Shown here in pieces: positions 40,336-53,659 of a stretch of DNA of 64,000 nucleotides. The stretch is taken from positions 114,638,001 to 114,702,000 of the forward strand of contig OX597822.1 in the NCBI GenBank assembly GCA_951406725.2. The letters run 5' to 3'. The notes under the pieces are model-generated. The model was not told the DNA's origin and did no database searches. It worked only from the letters and a program-made list of their open reading frames with translations. Within the stretch, counting starts at the first letter, position 1; the number at the start of each line of letters is the position of its first letter. Source of the DNA: Octopus vulgaris (Eukaryota). The translations under genes and the position numbers were made by a program.

Positions 40336-40685
40336 GCAGGCGTGGCTGTGTGGTAAGAAGTTTACTTTTCAACCACATGGTTCCGGGTTCATTCCGACTG
40401 CATGGCACCTTGGGAAAGTGTCTTCTACCATGGCCTCAGGCCAACCAAAACCTTGTGGGTGGATTTGATAGATGGAAACTCTGAAAGAAGCCCATCGTGA
40501 GGGTGTGTGTGTTTGTGTCTTTGTTTATCTTTCTCCACCACTTAAAAACTGGTGTTGGTGTGTTTACGTTCTCCGTTACTTAGCGGTTTGGTAAAAGTAA
40601 TTGATAGAACAAGTATCGGGCTTAAAAGATACACAGATTCAACGGACTGAAAAACGGTGGTGCCCCATGCGCACTCGCACTGAAA
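40336..40685 (+). mobile_element. SINE family A
   Basis: gcaggcgtggctgtgtggtaagaag...gggttcattcc...ttgggaaagtgtcttctac. Confidence 0.8.
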
Positions 40686-41709
40686 CAATCTGAAAATTTG
40701 TGTGTCTGCATGCTTGTTTTTTCATGTGTGCCTGCAGGTGTGTGTATATGTATGTGGGGTTGCACGCGCACACATATGTATCATGTATGTGTGCATGTAC
40801 GTATGTACATATGTATATGTCTTCATATACGTATATTATTTAATAAACCCTGTAGTTAAACGCACTACTAAAAATTTTATACTTTAAAAATACTTAGAAA
40901 TTCGACAGATTTATATAACATGCCTTATGTCTGCAAGCAATCTTTCAGGTTTGAATATACACGAACGGCCTTATTTAAGAAATACACATACACACACGTG
41001 TGTGTGTATATGTATATATATATACAATAAATGAAAAATGCATTAAATACTAAACACGTACACGTAGGACAGACCCAGAAGGACCCTAATCTTCATCAGT
41101 TATCGACCGAAATACTAATAAACAGTTTCATACCTTTAACAATAAGACTGAGAACTTCGCATATCGGTGGCTTCCGCAAAATTTGCGCAGAATTAGGGCT
41201 CGAGAAAACAAAACAGAGTGGATGTACGAAAGTAAACAGATGTAATTTGAAATGATTGATGAAGACGGAATAAATACGGCCTTTCGGGAATGATGGATAA
41301 TGCCCGGAAGAAATCCTGAATGGATATAGAAAGAGAAATAGTGAGAGAGTAGATAAAAGTTTACCAGCAGGATAAGCATCCAGTGGCGAAAGACAGAGAG
41401 ATAGGAAAATTAGTCACGGGTCACGTGTGGGCAGTAGATGGAGGGGAATAAGGATAAAAGAGAGGGAGAGAGAGAGAGAGAGACAGCGGCAGAGAGAACG
41501 GGGGAAGGATGGAAGGAATGAAGGGAGAAAGTCTACAATTACAAGTGAGAAGACGAGAGAGAGGAAGAGAGGAAGTTGGGATGCTAGAAAAGGAAGATGA
41601 GGATGAGAGAGAAAGAAAGAAGATCGCAAAAAAATATATGCATTCACCTCTACATACATACCCACATGCATATAAAAATGTACCTGAATGTCTTGTGTCT
41701 ACGTTTTAG

Positions 41710-41785
41710 GGTGCACAAGTTGAAGTATTCGGTAGCTGTTTTGATGAAGCAAATGAACGAGCTCTGGCAAAGGCCGAGAAAGAAG
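41710..41785 (+). CDS. SDSL: SDSL-like exon 3
   Basis: ttttag|GAQVEVFGSCFDEANERALAKAEKE+g|gtcaga; 76 nt, phase 0-1. Confidence 0.9.
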
Positions 41786-42024
41786 GTCAGACTCACTTGC
41801 TCTCCATTTCTTGTTTCTATATTTATCAAGAATTCTGTCTAGATTAACATTCACGCTTACATATTTATCGATAACCTTACGTTCTGCACACTACGTTTCA
41901 TGCCTGTGCCTGCACGTGTGTTGTGATGTCTGTCGGGTGGCATTGTGAGGCAATGTCTGGATGTCAATATGTTTCTCAGTCTGTCTGTTCTTCTCTGTTA
42001 TTATGTGCTTATAACCTCCACCTG

Positions 42025-42300
42025 GCACTCCATCGGTTACGACAGTCAGCGATCCAGTTGATCCGATCAATGGAACAGCCTGCCTAGAAAATTAACGCGC
42101 AAGTGGCCGAGCACTCCACAGACATGCATAGCTTTAAAGTAGTTCCCAGGGAGATTCAGTGTCATACAGAATGTCACAAGGTTGGCACAAGGGCAAGCGT
42201 GTCTGTGGAGTGCTCAGCCACTTACACGTTAATTTCACGAGCAGGCTGTTCCGTTGATTAGGATCAACTGGAACGTTCATCATCATAACCGACGAAGTGC
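42025..42300. repeat. Inverted pair of SINE family C ends
   Basis: 42025-42128 and 42197-42300 are reverse-complementary; both are homologous to 48606-48710. Confidence 0.85.
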
Positions 42301-42311
42301 CCAGCCACATT

Positions 42312-42342
<31 letters not shown>

Positions 42343-42346
42343 ACAT

Positions 42347-42427
<81 letters not shown>

Positions 42428-42434
42428 TATAGAA

Positions 42435-42660
42435 GGCGGCGGGCTGGCAGAAACGTTAGCACGCCGGGCGAAATGCGTAGTGGTATTTCGCTCACCGCTA
42501 CGTTCTGAGTTCAAATTCCGCTGAGGTTGACTTTGCCTTTCATCCTTTTAGGGTGGATAAATTAAGTACCAGTCACGCACTGGGATCGATGTAATCGACT
42601 TAATCCGTTTGTCTGTCCTTGTTTGTCCCCTCTATGTTTAGCCCCTTGTGGGTAATAAAG
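42435..42660 (+). mobile_element. SINE family B, near full length
   Basis: ggcggcgggctggcagaaacgttagcacgccgggcg...gagttcaaattccgc...ccccttgtgggtaataaag. Confidence 0.88.
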
Positions 42661-43124
42661 ATACATATATATGTATATATATGTCGTGAATACATAGAGT
42701 CCTATGCATACGGCAAATCCTACTTTCTGTCGAGGGCTTATGTGCCCCAATGTTAGATTATTTAACTTAGTCAACGCATGGTGATCGTTTATAAACTTTA
42801 AGCTTATAAAATATTATGGACTAATGGGTATATGTCAATTAGTGTGGGACCCCTTTCAACATGTTGTGTTGCATCAATTTGCAGTCGGGGTCTCATCAGG
42901 TACATCTATACATAAAGGTTTGCGTCTCACTTAACATCACGCATCCTGATCTGAGCTAGCAAGCTAACTAAACATCCTTTCGCTCCCTACACATTACAAC
43001 CTGCATATATATCTCTCCCTTTCTCCTTCTAATACCATTCCTCTGTTTTAAATCCAATGTAACTCAATTCATCCGTATCCATCCATGAACTTCTACGTAC
43101 TTTTTTTTATCGACAATTGTCTCC

Positions 43125-43437
43125 CGTGCCGGTGACACGTAAAAGCACCATCCGTTTCGTGGCCGTTTGCCAGCTCTGTCTGGCCCCCGTGTTGGTGGCA
43201 CGTAAAAGCACCATCCGTTCGTGGCCGTTTGCCAGCTCTGTCTGGCACCTGTGCGGGTGGCACGTAAAAAGCACCCACTACACTCACGGAGTGGTTGGCG
43301 TTAGGAAGGGCATCCAGCCGTAGAAACACTGCCAGATCTGACTGGGCCTGATGAAGCCTTCCAGCTTCACAGACCCCAGTTGAACCGTCCGACCCATGCT
43401 AGCATGGAGAACGGACGCTAAATGATGATGATGATGA
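43125..43437 (+). mobile_element. RTE 3' UTR-only copy
   Basis: Tandem ggcacgtaaaagcaccatccg units, then ggagtggttggcgttaggaagggcatccag and (GAT)n. Confidence 0.88.
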
Positions 43438-43904
43438 ATTGTCTATAATTACAGGACTTCGCAACTCTTAATGAAGAAAGATAATAGTAATTAAAAATTG
43501 TAGCAATGTTTCATTCCCTAACCAGACGGGCATATAACAACATGACAGCCAAAACTCGGGCTCTTTAGCGAGACACAGACCTTTATGTATAGATGTACCC
43601 GATGAGACCCAGACTTCAATATTGGTGCAACACAACATGTTGAAAGGAATCCCACCCATATGGGACAGTAACAGAAAGGGTCGAAATGACTTGTATAAAA
43701 TAAAGATTACCACCAAATCCATCTTCTCGTTGCTTAAGCATGCACACATACACACAAACACACGCACGCACACAGGCACACACACACACACACACACAAA
43801 CACACACATACACGCATACACACACACATACATGTGTACGTGCGTGCAGACACACACAGTTTTATGTCTCTATGATTATATAGTTCATCTTTTCTTTCCA
43901 TTAG

Positions 43905-43944
43905 GCCTTGTCCACATTCACCCATTTGATCACCCTGATATTTG
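43905..43944 (+). CDS. SDSL: SDSL-like exon 4 (40 nt)
   Basis: ctttccattag|(G)LVHIHPFDHPDI(W)|gtaagt; phase 1-2; conserved HPFD motif. Confidence 0.92.
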
Positions 43945-44329
43945 GTAAGTACCGACAATTTCTCTACTTGGAATAATTTACTGTCATCGCTTGATTGATT
44001 TTTGTCTGACACAGATTCAATAATGCACTCAACCGCACAGATGCACACATAAACACACACTCATATTGGTACACACACACAATCTACTTAATAGCAATAA
44101 TCTACTTGATAGCATATGTTACTGCTGTTGCTGTTTAACCCCAGGGCAGCCGAAACCAGTAGCGGGACATTTTATAAAAGACGTTCCAGACAGTGTTTTG
44201 TTTCGAACCTTGAGTATCTTGGACTTCTTTATCCAATGTATCAATCCCTTTTAAAAGAGCAGTTTGAGAATTTAAGATAAAGTTAAATCCAAAGGCAAAA
44301 TCCTACCCTGTTGTTTCTAAAATTCCTGG

Positions 44330-45700
44330 GTTCTGGTCCCATATGAACCCCGGCAACACATCACACATCTATTGGTTATGTAGATTACGTTCTATATTAA
44401 ACTTCACTCTGAAACATAATGTCTGCTCTTTTGAACATTCCATTCACTCCATTCTCCCCTCCTACCTGGGTATCGGCAACAAAGACATCCTGTTACTCAA
44501 GCTCAAAATTTCCTTATCGCACTCCTATAATTTCCTCTGCTTCTTCTATCGTTCCCCGAACTCCACTAATTACCGACACCTATTCGATCATCTCACCACA
44601 CTCTTCTCTTAAATCATTGTCTTTGGTCAGTATTTGCAACACATCGTGGTTACTGCACTCGTCCCAGGCCATCACTGCTGCTACAGGAACTGACTTGATT
44701 TGTCATCCTGAACCTCCTACAACAATCACTTTCATGCAACTCACAAGACATATTTCTGGTTGACACAGAACTCTCCAAATACCATTTATCATTTGCGCTC
44801 ACCCCCAAGCCTAACTAACAATGACTGTCTATACATCTACCAGATCGTCCTGACCACAGGCTAATCACCTCAACTCCACATACTACACAACACTTTCTAA
44901 TTGAAATCTTCAGCACTTCGAGTCAACTAACCGATTGGGTTTAATTCAATTCTACACTAAATATCCCAGGTTGTTCCTGTACTTCACTTTTGACAGGTCA
45001 TAGACTAATAAACAGATGAATGAAATCATCTTCTTTGACATGTTGCTCTACTCCCCTCAAATTTTAAAACACATCTGCCTAAGTTTACCAAACAGTTCGC
45101 TTATAATACCGGAAAAATGTCTGGACAAATTTACTCACATTACCAACTGGAAAAATTTTACTTATCCCTGCAATTCAAGAAAAACTATTCACAGAAGCGC
45201 ACAAAGTCTCGAACAGAATATTCACCAGTTACGGTTTCGTAAGAAGAAGCCTTACAAGGAAAGTATCCACATTTTCTGTCCAATTTGTACCCAACTCTAG
45301 CTTTTACACTCTTGGCAAAGCTCTTCCTTAGAGCCCCACCACTACCTAAACACATGCGTTAAGTGTAAAAGCACTGCCAGTCAAAATAATAGGTTACCAC
45401 TCCTGAGAATATTCTATTCCTTACCCACAAACATTGCATCCTAGATATAGCCCCTACCCTCACGAAACACATCAAACTGATCCTCTTTAACAGAGTCTAT
45501 CCTAAATCCTGTTAGCATGTTATAGTATTTACCATTCTCCCCGCCCACTATCCACCTATTACTATCACTTCCGATATTTCAACGGTGATGGTATCAGTCC
45601 TCAACAACCATCTGTTCCATCATTTTGTGGTCTTCTCCCCACTCAGTGACCATCGCAGTACGTCTCATTGCAGACAAACCTCTAAAACATTCTCCCCAAG
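44330..45700 (+). mobile_element. Heavily degraded APE-type LINE remnant
   Basis: FLCFFYRSPNSTNYRHLFDHL and C/A-rich LINE-like composition; no long frame. Confidence 0.45.
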
Positions 45701-45944
45701 TACATGAATTTATTTAAAGATCAACTTGGGAAATACTTCGTGGTTATTCGACCTGCTAGAAATAGTAATCAAACAAGTCTCAAATTACACAATAACGTAT
45801 TTTTAAAATATGGTAAAATATATTGGATATTGCAGACCAATATACTCTATATAAGAGATGGAATGCTTCTGGCTGGGAGACATTTAACAATAGATCTGCT
45901 GAATCCGGGCTTACGTAATCTATTCAACGGCGACAATATTGCTT

Positions 45945-46146
45945 TCAAATTTTGGCACAAGACCAGGAATTTCAAGGGAAGTTGATTACATCGACTCCAG
46001 CGTTCAGCTGGTACTTATTTTATCGACCCCAAAAGGATGAAAGGCAAAGTCGACCTCGGCGGTATTTGAACTCCGATTGTAAAGATGGATGAAAAACTGC
46101 TAAGCATTTTACCCAGTATGCTAACGATTCTGTCAGTTCTCTGCCT
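45945..46146 (-). mobile_element. SINE family B
   Basis: ctggtacttattttatcgaccccaaaaggatgaaaggcaaagtcgacctcggcgg. Confidence 0.85.
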
Positions 46147-46950
46147 TATTCAACAGAAACAATATTAAATCATAGACTTGTCGCCATTTGTCTTTCACCA
46201 AGTGACAAGTTTATTCTTTTCCCCAGCTTACCAATTTGACTTTAATAAATATTATTTACTTTTAATCGCTTATTTTCTAGTAGACTATGGGTATTTAATG
46301 TTCCAAGCATTAAGTATCTTGTCACCCACTTAGCTACAAATATATGTCTCTATTTCATACAAAAAAGAACACAGCTGACTAAAATGTTTCGCTCCAGTGA
46401 CCAAATAATTCCGCACTGAGCGGTTTTGATTAGATTAAAGAAATTATCATCAAGTAACTAACAATTTTTGATTAGGGTAAGCTCTCAGTCAGAACATTAC
46501 CACCATAGGCGACCAGCTGGAAACAGTCAAACACTCACATTACGTCAGAGACAGGAAAAATACTGGGATGGGATGACATATTATTTGTTCTGGTTCTCTG
46601 CATCCTGAGTTTGAATCCTTCTACTATTAACATTATGCAGACCTGGACAAGCTATATTTTGAGGAGAACTCGTAGTAGTCTATGTATGCAATCTCTTCTC
46701 TCTATGTCACTGGTGTTTCTTTATACAAGGTAAACGCTGCCCACTTGGGTTGATAGAGATTAACACTTCTGCTGTTAACATTCAACACGTCCATCCTCTG
46801 ACAGCTTAGTGCGGGATTATGTGTGTCTTCTTTGTTTTGACTTTGTCTCTAGTTGTCGCTCTGCCTCTCTCTCGCTTGCTCTCTCTCTCTCTCTTTATAT
46901 ATATATTCACATACTCACACACGTGTAATATGTATGTATATATATGTATA

Positions 46951-47530
46951 TCATCATCATCATCATCATCATCGTTTAACGTCCGCTTTCCATGCTAGCA
47001 TGGGTTGGACGGTTCAACTGGGGTCTGGCAAGCCCGAAGGCTACACCAGGCCAGTCAGATCTGGCAGTGTTTCTACAGCTGGATGCCCTTCCTAACGCCA
47101 ACCACTCCGAGAGTGTAGTGGGTGATTTTATGTGCCACCGACACAGGTGCCAGACGGCCACGCTCGGATGGTGTTTTTTATGTGCCACCGACACAGGTGC
47201 CAGACGGCCACGCTCGGATATGGTGTTTTCGGTGTTTTTCTTATGTGCCACCGACACAGGTGCCAGACGAGGCTGGCGAACGGCTACAATCGGATGGTGT
47301 TTGTTACGTGCCCACGGCACGGAGGCCAGTTGATGCGGTACTGGCTACGGTCCCGTTGGGATGGTTTTCTTATGTGCCACCGGCACTGGTACCACAAGGA
47401 TACAAATTCCATTGATGTTCATCTATTTTGATTTGGTTTGACTTGATTCGGTTTGACTTTGATTTGACTTCCCTCAACAGGTCTTCACAAGTGTCACAAG
47501 CAGGAAGGTATGCACAGGTGGACTGACTAC
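46951..47530 (-). mobile_element. RTE 3' UTR copy (reverse complement of 60531-61058)
   Basis: (CAT)n, then cgtttaacgtccgctttccatgctagcatggg ... gtatgcacaggtggactgactac. Confidence 0.92.
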
Positions 47531-47934
47531 ACATACATACATACATATTACGTATGTATGCATATATATACACACATATGCATACATACACATATACATA
47601 CATAAAACACATATTCACGACAGTCCTCTTACCTTCACACAATAAAACTACCATTTTCTTTTAGAGAATTCTATATTCTCAAGATTATCTTTCCTTCTCA
47701 TATGGAGCTGGTTTCAATAGCCATTTGGAAACCGATTCAATAGCCAATTGACATGTCCCTTACAGACGAACGTAATTTTGATAAATCAAGGATTTATGTT
47801 GCATGGTTCACTCTCTCCCCATCTCTCTGTCTTTCGCACTGTATATATATATCTGTTACAATGAATGCAGAAAATAGTACAGCTATATTCTCTTCATTTC
47901 TACATTCAATTATACAGTATATTTTGTTTAAATT

Positions 47935-48351
47935 TGTCCAACGCACGATTCTACTGCATACCCTCCATCAGACACCTACCATATTCTGAGCGCCTTGTTT
48001 CCCTGGGCATGGATTCACTGAAGCTCCGGCGTCTGGCGACGGACTTGGTAAACACCCACAAAGTTATCAACCACCTCACCAACAACAACACTGAACACCT
48101 TTTTGATCTCCATGTGTCTAACACACGTGGACATGCCTACAAAGCCAGAAAACAGCACAGCTCCCATGACTTTCGGAAACATTTTTTCACGCTCAGAGTT
48201 GCTGAAGCATGGAATAAACTGCCTGCGTCAGTTGTTGACTGCCATGACACTGCATCCTTTAAGGCCCTCATGCTTTCCGAAATCCGCCAAAACTACACCT
48301 GATTATATATACACTTTAGATGAGTTGTAGTGCACCTGAGCACTGTACACA

Positions 48352-48390
<39 letters not shown>
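47935..48390 (+). mobile_element. CR1-group LINE 3' end with (TTA)n tail
   Basis: LPYSERLVSLGMDSLKLRRL...SNTRGH...RKHFFTLRVAEAWNKLP. Confidence 0.85.
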
Positions 48391-48393
<3 letters not shown>

Positions 48394-48605
48394 AACAATT
48401 GCATTTACATCCAGTTTAAAGTTGCATAAACTGCTAACCAGGCGAAAGTGACTGGATGCAAATGCAATTGTCAGTTGTCTGTGCAGCAGAAACATACGTC
48501 AGACAAAATTTAAACCAAATTTGTTGTATAATTGACTATAGAAATAAAAAGTATGCAGATGTATTAATCTCCACATAGAATGTAATAGTCTTGGATATGG
48601 ATGGA

Positions 48606-48975
48606 AGCACTCCATCGGTTACGACGACGAGGGTTCCGGTTGATCCGAATCAACGGAACAGCCTGCTCGTGAAATTAACGTGTAAGTGGCCGAGCACTCC
48701 ACAGACACGTGTACCCTTAACGTAGTTCTCCGGGATATTCAGCGTGACACAGAGAGTGACAAGGCCGGCCCTTTGAAATACAGGTACAACAGAAACAGGA
48801 AGTAAGAGTGAGAGAAAGTTGTGGTGAAAGAGTACAGCAGGGATCACCACCATCCCCTGCCGGAGCCTCGTGGAGCTTTAGGTGTTTTCGCTCAATAAAC
48901 ACTCACAACGCCCGGTCTGGGAATCGAAATGACCGCGAGTCCGCTGCCCTAACCACTGGGCCATTGCGCCTCCAC
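48606..48975 (-). mobile_element. tRNA-derived SINE (family C)
   Basis: Minus-strand head ggaggcgcaatggcccagtggttagggcagcggactcgcggtc...ttcgattccc with A and B boxes. Confidence 0.82.
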
Positions 48976-49317
48976 TGTCTTGGATATACACCAAGTAAAA
49001 TATTCATAATCCAACAAAGTGAACCAAAGATTTACCTATTGGATGAGTTATATTGGGATTGCTTACCTTAAGTAATCGTTGGTGTTCTTTACAATTCGAT
49101 GCTGTTAGCCAGAACTCGGATTATAATTGAGTACTCGTACAGTACCCGCCTGGATACTTTATCCCTAGCTATTCATCATACATGTTTATTTCCTCTTATT
49201 CCTTTCTGCTGAAGAGCGAAGGCTCGAAATGTAAAAGTCAAATTAATACACTTGCTTGTTGTTCATACACGTCTTCATCTTTTGTTTTTCTATAAATTTC
49301 TCTGTCTCTCTCTCTCC

Positions 49318-49352
<35 letters not shown>

Positions 49353-49606
49353 CATATGGACAGATAGATAGATAGATAGATACAATACATATTTAAAAGA
49401 TTTTGTGAAAATTATTTGATACCAAGTATAAAAGAGATTTCTTTAAAAAATTTATTTGTCTACAACAAGGTTGTAAATTCTTTATCAGACCGTCGCTAAC
49501 CTTTTATGAAGAAGTTTCTTTCTAGTGTGTGTGAGCGCTTTCGATTGATTATCTTTTCAAATACACGTTCTTGGATATACACATGTATGTATGTGTGCAT
49601 ATATAT

Positions 49607-49884
49607 ATATATATGAAAAAACAAGTCAAAATAGAAAATGCTAAAATAATTTTATAAAGAACATTTCAGTATCGGTTTCGGTCATTTTGAGACCTTTTCA
49701 ACTGTAACGATTAAATAATTAAATTTTATAAAATTAGAAGAAAAGTTTTTTTAAAGGAATATTTGTATAGTAGTGTTCAAATATAAGTGGCATTCTGCCT
49801 TTCTCTGACTTCCTTGTTTCCCTGAAATGTTCTTTATAAAATTATTTTAGCATTTTCTATTTTGACTTGTTTTTTCATATATAT
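49607..49884. repeat. Foldback with perfect 63-bp inverted arms
   Basis: 49607-49669 is the exact reverse complement of 49822-49884. Confidence 0.93.
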
Positions 49885-50132
49885 CAACTCGTGTGTTCCT
49901 TTTCACCCTTATACATACATATATATATATATATATATATGGCATCCTTATTTAGGAGCCCTTAATTATATTTCTACATGAATGATATTTTTCTATATGA
50001 ATGATATTTTGTCTAATGACTAATTCGTCCTTTGTGCTGGGCCACTGGTAGTAATCTATATTATTACCCTTTTGATTATATATATATATATATATATGTA
50101 TATGTTCTAACATCTTCACTGGTCTGTTTCAG

Positions 50133-50360
50133 GGAGGGACACAGTTCTATCATAACGGAATGTGAACAGCAGCTAGAATCCAAACCAGACGTAGTGGTGA
50201 CATGTGTTGGCGGTGGTGGCCTTCTGAATGGGGTATTAGATGGTTTGAAAAAAGTTGGTTGGGAGGACCTCCCAGTTATTGCAATGGAAACAATAGGCGC
50301 TGATTGTTTTAACAAGGCTGTTGAAAAAGGAAGCTTGGTGACCTTACCAGCAATTACCAG
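50133..50360 (+). CDS. SDSL: SDSL-like exon 5
   Basis: gtttcag|(W)EGHSSIITE...PDVVVTCVGGGGLLNG...IAMETIGADCF...LPAIT|gtaagt; 228 nt, phase 2-2; PLP phosphate glycine loop. Confidence 0.95.
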
Positions 50361-50705
50361 GTAAGTCCTGTATAGTTAACTTCATTGTACATTGTGCAAG
50401 ATGATGATGATGATGTTGATGATATCTGGCGAAATGACGAATATTGAGTGCTTAACTTGACGATGTTATGTATTCTAAACTATTCAATATTCCATCATAA
50501 AATACTCTTATTTGATTGGCATTTGGCCCTTTCAAGGTCGATAAAATAAGAACCAGATGAACACTGGAATCGATGTAATAGACTTGCCCCTCTTCCCTCA
50601 AAATTGCTAGCCTTGTGCCAAAATTTGAAACCATTATTATTATTATTATTGTCGTTGTTGTTGTTGTTGTTAGTCTTATTTACACGCAAAATCCTGACAA
50701 CACAC

Positions 50706-50741
<36 letters not shown>

Positions 50742-50808
50742 TCTTTGTTTTGTCCTGTGCTGCCCATAATGTTTTTCTTAATGTAAACCATTGTGGTTAA
50801 TAAGGAAA

Positions 50809-50848
<40 letters not shown>

Positions 50849-50849
<1 letters not shown>

Positions 50850-51405
50850 GAGTGAGAGAGCAGTGCATGCGATGAAAGTGATACTGGAGTAAAATATACG
50901 AAGGCCATTATACCCATCGTGACTACCCGTCTGATAAGAGTACACCAGGTACATGCATCACAACCATGTGTGCGCGACGGGGTTATTTCATATCAAGATA
51001 AACAGCACATTACTTTGCTGTTGGGGACCAGTTGAAATTTTTTCCAGATTGAGTAGCCCATCCCACTCAAAAGATCCTTGAATTAGGGTTATTTAAGGAT
51101 ATTGAACAAAACACCCATGTTTCCAAAGGTGAATTATCTAAGCCTCAAAGGCTTCCTCTCAACACATGGCTATGATGCTCCCCCACTACTTCTGTTCGTT
51201 ATCAGAGATGCACATATCGTCAGCCACTAAGGGACATGCTCAACTGGTTAAGATCAAGTGACTGACGAGCAAATCTGTGGTATTGAGCAGAATACTTGCT
51301 GTAGCCCATCTTTTATACCAAGACAAAACAATGTACATGATAACATTTCCAAGCAGTTAAGATCAGAAGCCAAGAGAGCCACTGCTTGGTACTTCATCAG
51401 GGCAT
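50849..51405. mobile_element. Interspersed repeat X, second copy
   Basis: Homologous to 31997-32464, extends ~90 bp further, and is flanked by TTA repeats. Confidence 0.8.
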
Positions 51406-51428
51406 TTATGATTATGATTATTATTATT

Positions 51429-53551
51429 CAGTAGTTTTATTTTTATAGCGTGCTTTCACTTCACTACCGAGCGCAGTTCTGTGTGCCTTGGGTATGTGCT
51501 GTGATTTGTTGTGATGCTCTGATGGTTATTGTATGGAAAGTGTTCTGCGTAGGATGTGTGCAGTGCCTAGCAGTGCAATTTTCTGTATGTTATATGTGTT
51601 TGTAAGTCCTGGTGTTTTTGTTATGTATTTGTCTGAATATTTTTTTATCATGCCTAATGCACCTACTATGATAGGAATTGTTTCTGTTTTTAGATTCTAC
51701 ATTCTAGTTATCTCTATTTCCAGGTCTTTGTATTTTGAAAGTTTCTCCATTTCTTTTAGAGACACATTGTCATCCGCTGGTATTGATACATCAATTAGAA
51801 AGCATTTTTTTTCTTCATGATCTCTGACAACTATATCTAGTCTGTTGGCCTTAATTTCTCTATCTGTGTGTATCGGCATATCCCAGAGTATGGTTGCTTT
51901 CTCGTTTTCTGTGACCTTTTCTGGTGTGTGCCTATACCATCTTTTTTCTGTTGTTATTCCATAATGTTGGCATAGTTTCCAGTGTATGTAGGTCCCAACT
52001 CTGGTCGTGTCTGTGAATATATTCCTTCTTAGCCAGGACTGGGCAGCCAGAGATAATATGATTTATTGTTTCTTGTCCATCTCCACATATTCTGCAGTTA
52101 CTTGTTATATTTCTTTTCATTACATGTTTTTGGTAATTTCTGGTGGGGAGGCTTTGGTCTTGTGCTGCAATTAAAAATCCCTCTGTCTCTGCTTTGAGCC
52201 CTAAGCTTCTCAACCATTGCTGGGATTTTTCTTTGTCTATTTCTTTTGCGTTTAGTTTAGTCCAGTATTTACCATGAAGTGGCTTTTCTTGCCATCGTTT
52301 TATCATGGTTCGTTGCTGTTCTATTTTTAGTTTGGATTTCATTTGTTTTATAGCTTTTGTTGTTTCTTCATCTTCTTCTTCTTCATATTTATTAGGTGGT
52401 ATGATTTCTTGTTTGTATTTGTCAGCTTCCTTAAATACTGAGAACAGTTTTTTGTTTTGCTCGTGTTTTGCGGCTATTTGTAACAGTTTTCCTTCCTTCT
52501 GAAGTAGATATTTTTGCAGTCCTTTGGTGGTTATTTTATAGTAGTTTTCCAGCTGTATAAGGCCTCTACCACCTTCTATACGTTGTATATATAGACTTTC
52601 TATGTCAGATTTTGGGTGATGCATCCTAGATCCTGTCATTATTTTTCTTGTTTTCCTATCTATTTTGGTCAGTTCATTTCGTGTCCAGTTAAGGATATTG
52701 TAGCTGTAACTTATAACTGGGACAGCTAAAGTGTTGATACCTATTATCTTGTTTTTAGCATTGAGCTCTGTTTTTAGTATTGATCTAACTCGTCTATAGT
52801 ATTCTTTTTTTATTTTCTCTTTCATTTGTGTGTGTTGTGTCTTATCTAGTTCATGGATTCCTAAGTATTTGTAAGTTTGGCTTTGGTTTAATTCTTTTAT
52901 TTCATTGTTTTTATCTAGTGTGATGTTGCTACTCTTAATTAGTTTTCCTCTTTTCAGGGTTACTTTGGTGCATTTTTCTAATCCAAATTTCATATCTATT
53001 TCTTTGGTAAATCCATGAACTGTCTTTAATAGTGTTTCAGCTGTTTGACATTTGCAGCGTATAGTTTTAGGTCATCCATATATAAAAGGTGGCTGATCGT
53101 TTTGCCGTAACATTTATTTCCGCATCCAGTTCTCTTTAGCATATCAGAAAGAGGTGACAGTGCCAAGCAGAAAAAGGAGTGGAGAGGGCGTATTTTCCTG
53201 GAATATTCCTCTTCTAATGGGGATGGCTTTGGTTTTCACAAGTCTCTCTTTTGTTTGGAGCTGTGGCACTGTCTGCCATTTATTCATAGAGTGCTCTATG
53301 AATTTTATGATTGTTGGTGCTACTTTGTTAATGGCTAGTGTTTCGAGGATCCATGTGTGGGGGATGCTATCAAACGCCTTTTTGTAGTCAATCCAGGCCA
53401 TACTGAGGCCTTTCTTCTTTCTGTGGCTGTCTTCAGTTATGGCTTTATTGATCATTAGTTGATCTTTACATCCATGTGAGCCTTTGCGGTATCCATTCTG
53501 CTCTTCTGGAAACAGGTTGTTTTCGTCCAGGTGCTTGTTCAGCCTTTGCGA

Positions 53552-53554
<3 letters not shown>
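51429..53554 (-). mobile_element. R4/Dong-clade LINE, 5' truncated, frameshifted
   Basis: Near-identical to 32505-34632 (KFGLEKC, CRICGDGQETINHIISGC, YIHRHD); (TTA)n at both ends. Confidence 0.95.
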
Positions 53555-53602
<48 letters not shown>

Positions 53603-53622
53603 TATTATTATTTTTATTATTA

Positions 53623-53659
<37 letters not shown>

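Noticed and set aside
41080-41135. Type II hammerhead-like order on the minus strand (GAAAC...GUA...CUGAUGA)
   Set aside because: Stem II does not pair and stem I is weak; at most a decayed remnant.
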